Source of the DNA: Eledone cirrhosa
Lineage: Eukaryota
Length of the DNA: 64,000 nucleotides
Assembly (NCBI GenBank): GCA_964016885.1
Contig: OZ024749.1
Location: 7,006,001-7,070,000 of the forward strand
Direction: 5' to 3'
A program made the translations under genes and the position numbers. Under the pieces are notes generated by a model. That model did not search any database. It was not told the origin of the DNA and saw only the letters and a program-made list of their open reading frames with translations. Below, piece after piece: positions 52,221 through 64,000 of the stretch (positions within the stretch are counted from its first letter, which is position 1; each line of letters begins with the position of its first letter).

Positions 52221-53926
52221 TCATCATCATCATCATTTAACGTCCATCTTCCATGCTAGCATGGGTCTGGACGGGAATTGTCCCACTTGAGGCAAGATTG
52301 ATTGTCTTGCTCAGGACTGTCTGGCGGGTTTTCTACGGCTGGGTGCCCATCCTAACACCAACCACATTTACAGTCTGGACTGGGAGGTTTTTACCGTGTT
52401 ACCTACATGGCCACATTACAGAGTGGACTGTGTGTTTTTTTGGCGTGACACCTACACGACCTCATTTATTTACGACTGGATGTTGTGGTACCAGCATAGC
52501 TTTACATCGAAAGGGATGGTATAGATGGCGGTGGTGTGGATGGGGTAGTGGGACGGGGGTGTATTTTTGTTAGAGGTGCCTACTGACTGTAGGTTTCGCT
52601 TTGTACTTAGGCAAGGCAGGTCTTCTGTATAACTTTGTAGCGCCAAAGATCTCGGTCCAGTGACATTGTCTTGGAGAGGTGAAGTGTGTGAGGTCAGAAT
52701 TTATCAAGTCGTCCCAGGTCTTTCTGGGTCTGGCTACTCCGTGGCTACCGTCTATTTTTATCGCCCTGCACTTTTTTATACGGCTGTCGTCTTTCATGCG
52801 CATCATGTGAACGTACCAACGTAGTCTTCTCTCGAGTAAACAACATCTTATTCCTAATTTCTCCCTTAGTTCGTCTATGCTTTGCCGTTCACGTATGTTA
52901 CTATTACACATCCAGCGGAGCATGCAAGCTTCGTTCCTCTCCTCACTGCCATGTAACATTGCTGTTCGTATGCAGACATCATACAGCCTGCCTTTGATTT
53001 TTAGAGAGAACCCTTTAGCGGCCAATAGTGGTATAAGCTCTCTGAACTTGTTCCATCCCGTTCTGACTCTAGCTACTGTACTTTCAGAGCACCCTCTACC
53101 ACTGCTGATTTTGTCACCCAGGTAACGGAAGGTGTCACTATTTCTATAGAACCATCTGTGCAATTGAAAGAGCTAGTATTCTGTGGGAACTTGCTGCTAC
53201 TTATTGCACCAGAGCACCAACCACATATAAAATCTATATTCTTAGTTAGCTTACCTGTGATCCCACTACATCTTTTATGCACCCATACTTTGCATTTGGG
53301 ACATAAAATGGAGTTTCTTCCTACTCCTTTCCTACACACTGAGCATGGCCATTTCCCAGATGGGACTGGTGCCCTATTTTCCTTCCTACAAACTAGAACT
53401 TTAGTCTTAGACAGGTTAATTTTAAGGCCTTTTGATTCTAGGCCATGCTTCCATGTTTGGAATTTCTTCTCTAGTTCAGCCATTGATTCAACTATGAGCA
53501 TAAGATCATCTGTGTATAGGAGTTCCCATGAGCAGCCGGTCTTGAACTCCTCTGTTATAGCCTGAAGGGCAATAATAAATAGTAGGGGGCTAAGGACGGA
53601 GCCCTGATGAACACCAACTTTTACGCTAAACTCTTCACTATATTTGTTGTTAAATCTAAAGTTGCTGACTGTTTCCTTATACATGGCTTGTATAGCTCTC
53701 ACAAGCCATTCATCAACACCTAGTTTTCTAAGAGCGCACCAGATAATGGAGCAGGGGACTCTGTCAAAGGCTTTCTCCAAGTCAACAAAAGCTAAGTATA
53801 GGGGTTTACTTTTAGCTAGGTACTTCTGTAGTTGTCGTACAATGAAAAGAGCGTCTGTGGTACTTTTACCTGACACAAACCCGAACTGCATTTCATCCAG
53901 ATCAATTCTCTCTCTGATTAGTTGCG

Positions 53927-53930
<4 letters not shown>
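52221..53930 (-). mobile_element. 5'-truncated RTE LINE
   Basis: QFGF..GKSTTDA, FVDLEKAFDRV, GVHQGSVLSP, LLYTDD, inserted CSVC..C..C..WVHKRC zinc module, (GAT)n tail. Confidence 0.93.
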
Positions 53931-53961
<31 letters not shown>

Positions 53962-54231
53962 CACACACACCCATATACTTATACATACACACATATATAT
54001 ATATATAGAGAGAGAGATACATATAAATATATATATATAGTTGTAATGATACACTGCCCTAGCAATAGGTCTTGTTCAGTGAAAACCATTTACTAGCTTG
54101 CTACTGAATTGTTATTCAGGGACATTTTATTTATTTTTATTTTTCTCTCGTATCTTTTGTGGTGTTCTTATTGTTTCACTTCCTTTTTTAACTATGTTTA
54201 ACCCTTTAAATACCAAACACCTTAAAACCTT

Positions 54232-54663
54232 CCCTTAAGCATTGACATTACTCTATATATACTATTGTTGTGGTAAAGGCTTTACCTCACATAACATTGA
54301 CATTACTCTATATATACTATTGTTGTGGTAAAGGCTTTACCTCACATAACATTGACATTACTCTATATATACTATTGTTGTGGTAAAGGCTTTACCTCAC
54401 ATAACATTGACATTACTCTATATATACTATTGTTGTGGTAAAGGCTTTACCTCACATAACATTGACATTACTCTATATATACTATTGTATTTTCACAGTA
54501 AAGGCTTTACCACACATAATATCAAATCTACGAGATGTTGATATTATTTATTTTGAGAACAATACCTTAACGTCAGTATGAGCAGCCAGTTATGGTCACT
54601 TTGAACAGAAAGAGGTGAGAAAATTTTGGCCAGATACGGCTCCTTTAAATGCTAAAGGTTAAA
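54232..54663. mobile_element. MITE (same family as 24271-24485) containing a 55-bp tandem array
   Basis: Internal homology (ttattttgagaacaataccttaa, gtatgagcagcca, ggccagata) and terminus taaatgctaaaggttaa. Confidence 0.75.
54240..54487. repeat. 55-bp tandem repeat, 4.5 copies
   Basis: cattgacattactctatatatactattgttgtggtaaaggctttacctcacataa at 54240, 54295, 54350 and 54405, partial at 54460. Confidence 0.95.
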
Positions 54664-55251
54664 GTGTTTAAATTTATCATAAGACATTCCATTACAATTT
54701 ATATAAGAACATTTGATATATTTTGTTCTAACCTCCAGCTTGATAATGGTAAATTAAATTAGATTACTAAATCCCCCCAAATCCTTGGTTGTTTTCAAAA
54801 TTATTTGAAACATAAAGTTAGTGTCTTTCATTAGAAATATGTTAATGAAAGCATTAAGTTATTCATTTACATATTTTTGTTTATTTATTGTTAATAAAAC
54901 AGTCCCTTCCAATATTTCCTTTAGCACAGTCTATATACATGTACTCTCTCCTCTACTACTCTCTCGCTCCAAATACTGTTCTCCCCATCATACCCTCACA
55001 CCCCACCCTGGTTCTTCTACCAATACTCTTTCCTTTCTATTCAACCTCTAGGTCATCTTACTTTAAATGAACAGAGACACTGTAAAGTAGTGAGGATGCT
55101 TTACTTTAGTTTGGGGGAATGACGACCTCACTAATGCTGGTGTCACATTAAAATACACCCAGAACACTATATAAAGTCTATCTTAAGCCAGAAAGCTCAT
55201 TAGGCCGGTGCTTATCATGGTTTCATGGCATGAAGTGACAGGGTACAAGAC

Positions 55252-55461
55252 GCTTTTTTGCCGTGGCACCTCCACAACCACTTTGCAGTGGAATGGTAGG
55301 GACCCCGGTCCAATCATCTCATTTCTACAGCTGAGTAAACTGGAGCAATGTGAAATAAAGTGTCTTGCTCAAGGAAACAGCACATCACCTGGTCTGAGAA
55401 TTGAACTCACAACCTTTCGATTGCAAGCCCAATGCTCTAACCACTAAGCCATGTGCTTCCA
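55252..55461 (-). mobile_element. CORE-type SINE (same family as 26727), lacking the 3' tail
   Basis: Reverse complement of 26727-26935. Confidence 0.85.
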
Positions 55462-56592
55462 TTGAACAATGAAAGGCAAAATAGATTTTCAAGTCAAATG
55501 AAAACCTGAACACCTGCTTCATAAGAAGCCATTTGATGGGTGATTGCTTCAAATGTAGACACAATGCATCATCAATATTTTACGGCAGATACCTAAGTTG
55601 TGGCTTAGATGAGTCATTACAAGCCAAATCTGTTTTTATTTGAAGTTACCACCTTTCTAGATGGCTTGGAGTACCACATCCAGCTCATCCATTCCATTTT
55701 TTTGTCATAATTTCTGCAGTTGGATATCTTTCCAAACACCAATCATTTTACAGAGTAGACTGTGCACGTTTTTGTCATGGCACCAGCACTAGAGAGATAT
55801 TTAAGTCTTTATCGGGACTAAATGATCCTTACAGCCGTCAGCTGTGTTTTGCTCAGCTGTCAACCGCTTTACACAACATTCAGGATATATCGAGGCCCAA
55901 GACTCTGATACAGATAACCAGAAGATGGAATCTCAGGAAATATTTGAGCTCATGAATCCTGAGCTAATAGCCCCCACAATATTTATTTTGCTCAAAACGA
56001 CAGTTTCCCCTCTTTATACGAAAATCATTAATTACAAATTTTAAAATGATAATAAATAAATAAATAGATGTAGCAAGAAATAGACAAACACAAACTATAA
56101 TCAAGTAATTTCGCACTAGCAAAAAATGTTTATGAAGTCAACACAGTGACTTAATTGTTCAAAACTGTCAAATTGATTTCTTTATCAAATAGAGAAACTC
56201 TAAAGGCCACCACTTCAAATTGATTTTACACAAACAATCGCACTAAAAAGAGGAAATAATTAGTTTTTCATTTCAAATTATCAACTTGTTAACCATGATG
56301 TTAAATCAATATAAATATACATGTGTGTGTGTATGCACATACATATACATGTGTGTGCATGTGAGTGTGTCTATATATATATATATATGAAGAAACATAT
56401 TCCCATTTCTGTTTTTTGTAGCACACAGTCAATAGACATTAAGTGCGTTTCAATATATACATAGATATATACACACATATACATGTGCACATATGCATAT
56501 GTACATGCATATAAGTGTGCGTATATACATATGCATGTATATATGTATGTATATATATGTATATATATGTATATATATATGTATCTATATAT

Positions 56593-56626
<34 letters not shown>

Positions 56627-56648
56627 TATGTATCTATATATTATATAT

Positions 56649-56679
<31 letters not shown>

Positions 56680-56777
56680 GTATGTATATATATGTATATA
56701 TATATTATATATATATTATGTTTATATATATTATATATATATAATATATATATACACATAATATATATATATGATAT

Positions 56778-59520
56778 GTGTCTGTTGTAAACACTAAATC
56801 CCGCCCCCATGAAGAATGCACCTCTCAACATAGACTCATAATTAGCGACCTCATAGTCAGGAAGAGACGTATTCGACAACAGGAGAGGACTATCCTCAGG
56901 AGAAAAATATGGAAGTTAAAAGACCCCACAGCCAGTAATAAATTTAAAAGCATATTACTTGATGCTTTTGATAGTAAGGAAGAGCAATTAGAGTCGTACA
57001 ATATAGAGGAACAGTGGGAATTCCTGAAAGCATACCTGCTGAAGGCGACAGATGAAACCTGTGGCTGGAGCAGACCTATAGGCAGGAAGAGAGTAACTTG
57101 GTGGTGGAACAGTAAGGTGGAGGGGGTCATCAAGACCAAAAAGCAGGCTTGGAAAGCATGGCGGAATGGGGGAAGTAGAGACGACTATTAAGTGGCCAGG
57201 AGGGAAGCTAGGAGACAAGTTTACTTCGCTAGAAGGGAAGTAGAGGAAAGAAAGTTCAAGCATGTTCTACAATGCGAGGACCGAAAATGTGAGGTGTTCA
57301 GGATTGCTAGGCAATGTGTCAAGGAAAACAGTGATATTGTCGGGGAGAAGTGTGTCCTTAATGATGATGGTGTACTTGCCATCACTGACGCTGATAAGAA
57401 GGTAGCTTGGAAGTGTCACTACGAAAGGCTACTAAATGAGGAGAATAAATGGGAGAAAGACAGTCTCCTCCACATCGATCCAATAGAGGGACCAGCAGTG
57501 CAAGTTGAAGGTAGTATAATAAGTAAGGTGATCAAAGACATGAAGATGGGCAAGGCGGCTGGGCCTTCGGAAATAGTTGCTGAAATGCGGAAAGCATCTG
57601 GAACGGTAATACACACCATGGTCACCCGGATAGTAAACCAAGTCATACAGAATGGGGTCGTTCCGAAGGACTGGCGCAGCAGCATCATCATTAACTGCTA
57701 CAAGAGTAAAGGTGATGCCCTAGAAAGGGGAAACTATAGAGGCATTAAATTAATTGACCAGGTCATGAAGGTCACAGAAAAAGTAATAGCGCAACTAATT
57801 AGGGAGCGAATTGATCTAGACGAAATGCAGTTCGGGTTTGTGTCAGGTAAAAGTACAACAGACGCTCTCTTCATTGTACGACAACTACAGGAGAAGTGCC
57901 TAGCTAAAGGTAAACCCCTATACTTAACCTTTGTTGACTTGGAGAAAGCCTTTGACAGAGTACCCCGCTCGATTATCTGGTGGGCTCTTAGAAAACTAGG
58001 TGTTGATGAATGGCTTGTGAGAGCTATACAAGCCATGTATAAAGAAACAGTTAGCAAGGTTAGAATTAACAACGAATATAGTGAAGAGTTTGGCGTAAAA
58101 GTTGGTGTTCATCAGGGCTACGTTCTTAGCCACCTCCTATTTATTATTGCCCTTCAGGCTATAACAGAGGAGTTCAAGACCTGCTGACCATGGGAACTCC
58201 TATACACAGATGATCTAATGCCCATAGCTGAATCAATGGCCGAACTAGAGAAGAAATTCCAAACATGGAAGCATGGCCTAGAATCAAAAGGCCTTAAAGT
58301 TAACTTGTCTAAGACTAAAGTTTTAGTTTGTAGGAAGGAAAATAGGGCACCGGTCCCATCTGGGAAATGGCCATGCTCAGTGTGTAGGAAAGGAGTAGGC
58401 AGAAACTCCATTTTATATCCCAAATGCAAAGTATGGGTGCATAAAAGATGTAGTGGGATCACAGGTAAGCTAACTAAGAATATAGATTTTATATGTGGCC
58501 GGTCCTCTGGTGCAATAAGTAGCAGCAAGTGCCCACAAATACTAGCTCATTCCATTGCACAGATGGTTCTATAGAAATAGTGGACAGCTTTCATTACCTG
58601 GGTGACAAAATCAGCAGTGGGGGAGGGTGCTCTGAAAGTACAGTAGCTAGAGTCAGAACGGGATGGAAAAAGTTCAGAGAGCTTATACCACTATTGACCG
58701 CTAAAGGGTTCTCTCTGAAAATGAAAGGCAGGCTGTATGATGCCTGCATACGAACAGCAATGTTACATGGCAGTGAGACCTGGGCATTGTGTGCAGAGGA
58801 TATACGCAGACTGGAGAGAAACGAAGCTTGCATGCTCCGCTGGATGTGTAATAGTAATATACGTGAACGGTAAAGCATAAACGAACTAAGGGAGAAATTA
58901 GGAATAAGAGGTATCAGATGTTGTTTACTCGAGAGAAGACTACGTTGGTATGGTCACGTAATGCGCATGAAAGATGAGAGCTGTATAAAAAAGTGCAGGG
59001 CGATAAAAATAGACGGTAGCCACGGAGTAGGCAGACCCAGAAAAACCTGGGACGACTTGATAAATTCCGACCTCACACACTTACACCTCTCCAAGACAAT
59101 GTCACTGGACCGAGATCTTTGGCGCTACACAGTTATACAGAAGACCTGCCTTGCCTAAGTACAAAGTGAAACCTACTACAGTCAGTAGGCACCTCTAACA
59201 AAATATACCCCCATCCCACTGCCCCCACCCCATCCACACCACCCCCTTAAATGTGAAGTTATGTTGGTACCACAACATCCAGTCAGAAACAAATGAGGTT
59301 GTGTTGGTGTCACGACAAAAAAACACAGTCCACGCTGTAATGTGGCCGTGTAGGTAACATGGTAAAAACCTCCCAGTCCACACTGTAAACGTGGTTGGTG
59401 TTAGGAAGGGCATCCAGCCGTAGAAAACCCGCCAGACAGTCCTGAGCAAGACAATCAATCTTGCCTCAAGTGGGACAATTCCCATCCAGACCCATGCTAG
59501 CATTAAACGATGATGATGAT
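56778..59520 (+). mobile_element. RTE LINE, 5'-truncated at the end of the APE domain, disrupted
   Basis: SQHRLIISDL, TWWWN, NYRGIKL, QFGF, FVDLEKAFDRVPR, GVHQG, YTDD, zinc module, RLRWYGH, (GAT)n tail. Confidence 0.95.
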
Positions 59521-59830
59521 ATCCCTAATATATATAATATATATAACCTGTTTATACCTATTATATATATACATATATATATATTTTATATATATATATA
59601 TATATATATTATGGAATACTGTTGGCTTTTTGCTACAATATTTTCTATACCTTTCATTTATGCCAAGGAACGTTTCCACGAACCAAAGTATCATCTTCCT
59701 GTCTTCCTCCGTTTGCAACATTTTTTGAAATATCCACTTCTGCGTTTACAGATTGACTTTGTTAGTTTCAGAAGATCCCGTTAAGGGTGAAAGCAGCGAT
59801 TCTTTGATTAAACTTTAATCTGTTATTTTA

Positions 59831-59866
<36 letters not shown>

Positions 59867-60310
59867 GGTATAAATTAAAGTTGTAGCTGCAGTATAGCAT
59901 ATACTAATGTAGTATATATTTATACATCTATATAAAGAGAGAGAGATGGTAGGAAAGGAATTGTGAGTGATGGGGGAGGGTAGATGTGGGATGAGAACCT
60001 GCTCGGAGCAGTGGGTTGAAAGCTGACCTGTTGCAGAGGGGCTAATTCTCTGCTGATGAAGCAACTTTTAACCAAAAACATAATGCTTAATACCATTACC
60101 TAATTTATGTGCACAGTATTTCCATTTGAACTACTGCTAGCTGATGAAGTCACAGAAACAAAACAAATCATTTTCCTCACTATTTCACATATAAGTGTTC
60201 CCTCTAATTTCCTTGGGTTGTTGTCTTAATGATACTGACTTAATTAAATTATTGAATGAGTGGGAAAACAACATAAGATGCATCAGTCCTATTCGGCAAC
60301 TTTGTTTAAG

Positions 60311-60500
60311 GGCAGTGGATTGGCAGTATCTGTGAAGGGTCGAACACAATGCTTTGCAGCATAAGGTTATGGCTCTTTACAGTCTGGATTCAAATCCTGC
60401 TGAGGTTGACTTTGCCTTTCATCCTTACGAGGCCGATAAAATAAAGTACCAGTAATGCACTAGGATGATTGCTGGACTTGTGCCTAAAGTAGAAACAATT
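60311..60500 (+). mobile_element. Meta-domain-type tRNA-derived SINE
   Basis: B box ggattcaaatcc followed by gttgactttgcctttcatcctt..g..cgataaaataaagtaccagt. Confidence 0.8.
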
Positions 60501-61357
60501 ATTTATATATATGTCCACACCTCCTGGTAAATCTACAACCAGCCCACACTAATCTCAGGTGTGGGGATTACAGATATCATCAGGTTGCCGCCATTGTATT
60601 ACTTAGACTCTATAGATTTATTATATATTAGTATGTAGTTGTATTAAGATGTACACTGGTATATGTTTAACAAGTTTCAAAGATTATTTAATAGCAGACC
60701 TCTATATACAATGGAGAGAGAACAACCATAAGCAAAATATTGTTGGGTAATAAATTGCTACTTGCAGCTAACAGTTTGTGTGTGTGTGTGTGGTGAAAAA
60801 GCTGGCTTTGTAACCTTATGGTGTTTGAGTCTATTCCAGTATGTGGACACATCTATTTACATAATCCACCACTTTATAATACTTCCTTTCCATCTTTCTC
60901 TCTCCCTCTCTCAGCACAGTCAGTGCTTTCTCTGCTCACATCAATAAAATATAACAGAAGGACAGTAAAATACAAACAAAACATTAGTTGACCTTTTATA
61001 TAGGAGGTAATTGTAATGTCATAAAATTACAAGAACTATTCTTGTTTTGTTTTTACATAAAGGATTATATTCTGTTGTATGCAAAATGTTAGCATCCTTT
61101 TATATATATCTCGAAAACTATTTTAATTTCCACATACAAATATCGAATGAAAATACAAGATATATTTTAACTCAATAATCATAAATAATGGATTAGATTT
61201 CACATTTCTTTTCTCCTTTTTATGGTTAGAATAAAGCAATGATTTAGGAATCGTGGTTCGTTGAAGACTTCACTGATATTTAAGTACAAGAAATATTTTG
61301 GATGGAGAACAAGTAAAAGAAGTTGACAAACATACATATGTACATATACACACACAT

Positions 61358-61401
<44 letters not shown>

Positions 61402-61564
61402 GTATACACACAGACATAAGTATATATATACTTATATACATACACATACAGATATATATATATAGACAAAAAAGAATATACATATACACACACATATATA
61501 TATATATAAATATACACATGCATATACACACACATATATATATATTACATATACAAACACATAC

Positions 61565-61614
61565 ATCATCATCATCATCTTCATTTTACGTCCGCTTTTC
61601 CCTGCTTGTAAGGG
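61565..61614 (-). mobile_element. isolated SINE/RTE 3' tail
   Basis: catcatcat..ttttacgtccgcttttccctgcttgtaaggg. Confidence 0.65.
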
Positions 61615-61914
61615 TGAGACATATATATTCATATTAATGTATCATTCACAGAAAGAAATATATATACATACATATGCACACATATATAAATAAATACGTG
61701 TGTGTGTGTGTATTACATACATATATACGTGTATATTTATACATGCTACAAATGAAAGAAACGATTCTTTGTTCAAGATTTTAAAGATTAATAAAAGTTT
61801 TAATTTCTTTCTCGTGAAATATAAATATACAGGCTATTTTTGTTTATGTTTCCCTCTGCCTACTGTTCTCCATCTATTTCTTACAGTGTATGTATGTATA
61901 TGTATCTCTGTATG

Positions 61915-61952
<38 letters not shown>

Positions 61953-62066
61953 CAAAGTTGCACGTGAAAAAAAAAACCCATAACATTCATACACAGGAAT
62001 ACACACACACTCAGATAAATATCAACATACATTCATATATATATATATATATATACATACATATAA

Positions 62067-62275
62067 ATTATATGTATCTATCTATCTATATATATATATA
62101 TATACATACATATACATTATATGTATCTATCTATCTATATATATATATACATACATATACATTATATGTATCTATCTATCTATATATATATATACATACA
62201 TATACATTATATGTATCTATCTATCTATATATATATATACATACATAAACATTATATGTATCTATCTATATATAT
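62067..62275. repeat. 44-50 bp minisatellite built from TA/TATC repeats, about 5 copies
   Basis: 'attatatgtatctatcta' recurs at about 62067, 62117, 62161, 62207 and 62251. Confidence 0.85.
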
Positions 62276-62298
62276 ATATATATGTGTGTGTGTATATA

Positions 62299-62338
<40 letters not shown>

Positions 62339-62422
62339 TATATGTATATATATATATATATATGCATATATGTATATATATATATATATGCATATATGTA
62401 TATATATATATATATGCATATA

Positions 62423-62459
<37 letters not shown>

Positions 62460-62536
62460 GCATATATATATATATATGCATATATGTATATATATATATA
62501 TATATACATATATGTATATATATATATATACATACA

Positions 62537-62590
<54 letters not shown>

Positions 62591-62678
62591 TATATATATA
62601 TATATATATGCATATATGTGTATATATATATATACATATATATATATATGCATATATGTGTATATATATATATATGCA

Positions 62679-62709
<31 letters not shown>

Positions 62710-62976
62710 GCATATATATATATATATATATATGCATATATATATATATATATATGCATATATATATATATGCAAATATGTATATATATATATGCAAATA
62801 TGTATATATATATGCATATATATATATGCATATATATATATATATATATATGCATATATATATATATGCATATATATATATATGCATATATATATATGCA
62901 TATATATATATGCACACACACATATATATATAAATATATATATATCTATATATACACATATCTATATATACACATA

Positions 62977-63039
<63 letters not shown>

Positions 63040-63135
63040 ATATGTATATTCATATGTAGATATATACTTACATATATATATGTGTATGTGCATACATATA
63101 CATATACACACATACACATACATACATAGATACAC
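62276..63135. repeat. (TA)n with periodic GC insertions (tatgcata)
   Basis: Directly visible. Confidence 0.93.
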
Positions 63136-63546
63136 AGAAACCTGTTAAAACATAATGCTCAAATTTGTACAAATTACAAAACCAGCAAAACAACATTTAT
63201 ATATTTTAAATTCTTTTTGCGCGAAGTTCCTCCCCTCTTCCTCCTTCCAATTTCAATCTCCATGCTGCTGCCATTCCATCCATGTCTCCCCCACCAGAGG
63301 AGTAGCATGTAAATGATATTTTCTCTATATTTCCACAAACATTACTTTCTCATTAATAACTTATGTTTTTTTTTAATGCTCCAGGAAATGGCTTCATTTT
63401 CTGCATATATAATATTCTTACATGCCTACATTATATAAAAATACATGTATACATACATATATATATACACACAGTATACATGCATGTATATATACATATA
63501 TATAATATATATATATAATATATATATATATATATAATATATATAT

Positions 63547-63736
63547 AATTGTTTCTACTTTTGGCACAAGGCCAGCAATTACCCAGCGTATTACTGGTAC
63601 TTTATTTTATCGACACCATAAGGATGAAAGGCAAAGTTAACCTCGGCGGGATTTGAACTCAGAATGGCAAGGGCCGTAACTCTATGCGTCAAAACATGGC
63701 GTCCGACCCTCTACCGATACTGCCAATCCACTGGCC
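63547..63736 (-). mobile_element. Meta-domain-type tRNA-derived SINE
   Basis: Reverse complement homologous to 60311-60500 end to end. Confidence 0.82.
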
Positions 63737-64000
63737 ATATAATATATATATAATATATATATAATATATATATAATATATATAATATATATATATAATAT
63801 ATATATAATATACATAAAATGTATATAATATGTATATATATATATATAATATGTATATAATATATATATGTATATAATATGTATATAATATATATATATA
63901 ATATGTATATAATATATATATATATGTATATAATATATATAAAATATATATATATATATATATATAATATATATAAAATATATATATATATATATATATA
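63737..64000. repeat. AT low-complexity/microsatellite
   Basis: Directly visible. Confidence 0.95.

Noticed and set aside
60050-60165. Two 'gctgatgaag' motifs as hammerhead cores
   Set aside because: No properly placed stem II plus GAAA plus stem I.

Overview
Eukaryotic, AT-rich, repeat-dominated window. The SINE/RTE repertoire and long (TA)n/(TACA)n tracts look like an octopod cephalopod (inference). Only one host exon is recognisable: a 159-nt, phase-0 minus-strand exon of CCDC39 (23423-23581). Starting about 13 bp past its splice donor is a ~19-kb, 40-bp-unit satellite with one G-quadruplex motif per unit on the + strand and a 3' splice-site mimic per unit on the transcribed strand. The rest is a retroelement nest inside microsatellites: four Penelope-like element (PLE) insertions from three families, each with an inverted terminal segment; an R4/Dong-type RLE LINE; several RTE LINEs; a bipartite non-autonomous RTE derivative; CORE- and Meta-type SINEs; and TTAA-flanked MITEs. 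The most notable hidden layer is a cluster of hammerhead ribozyme (HHR) motifs. Five copies lie in PLE termini, two orphan minimal HHRs lie on small islands between microsatellites, one is a half-HHR, and one is an atypical interrupted HHR-like fold. One PLE appears capped by the terminus of a different PLE family. Almost all long ORFs in the supplied track are artefacts of repeats.
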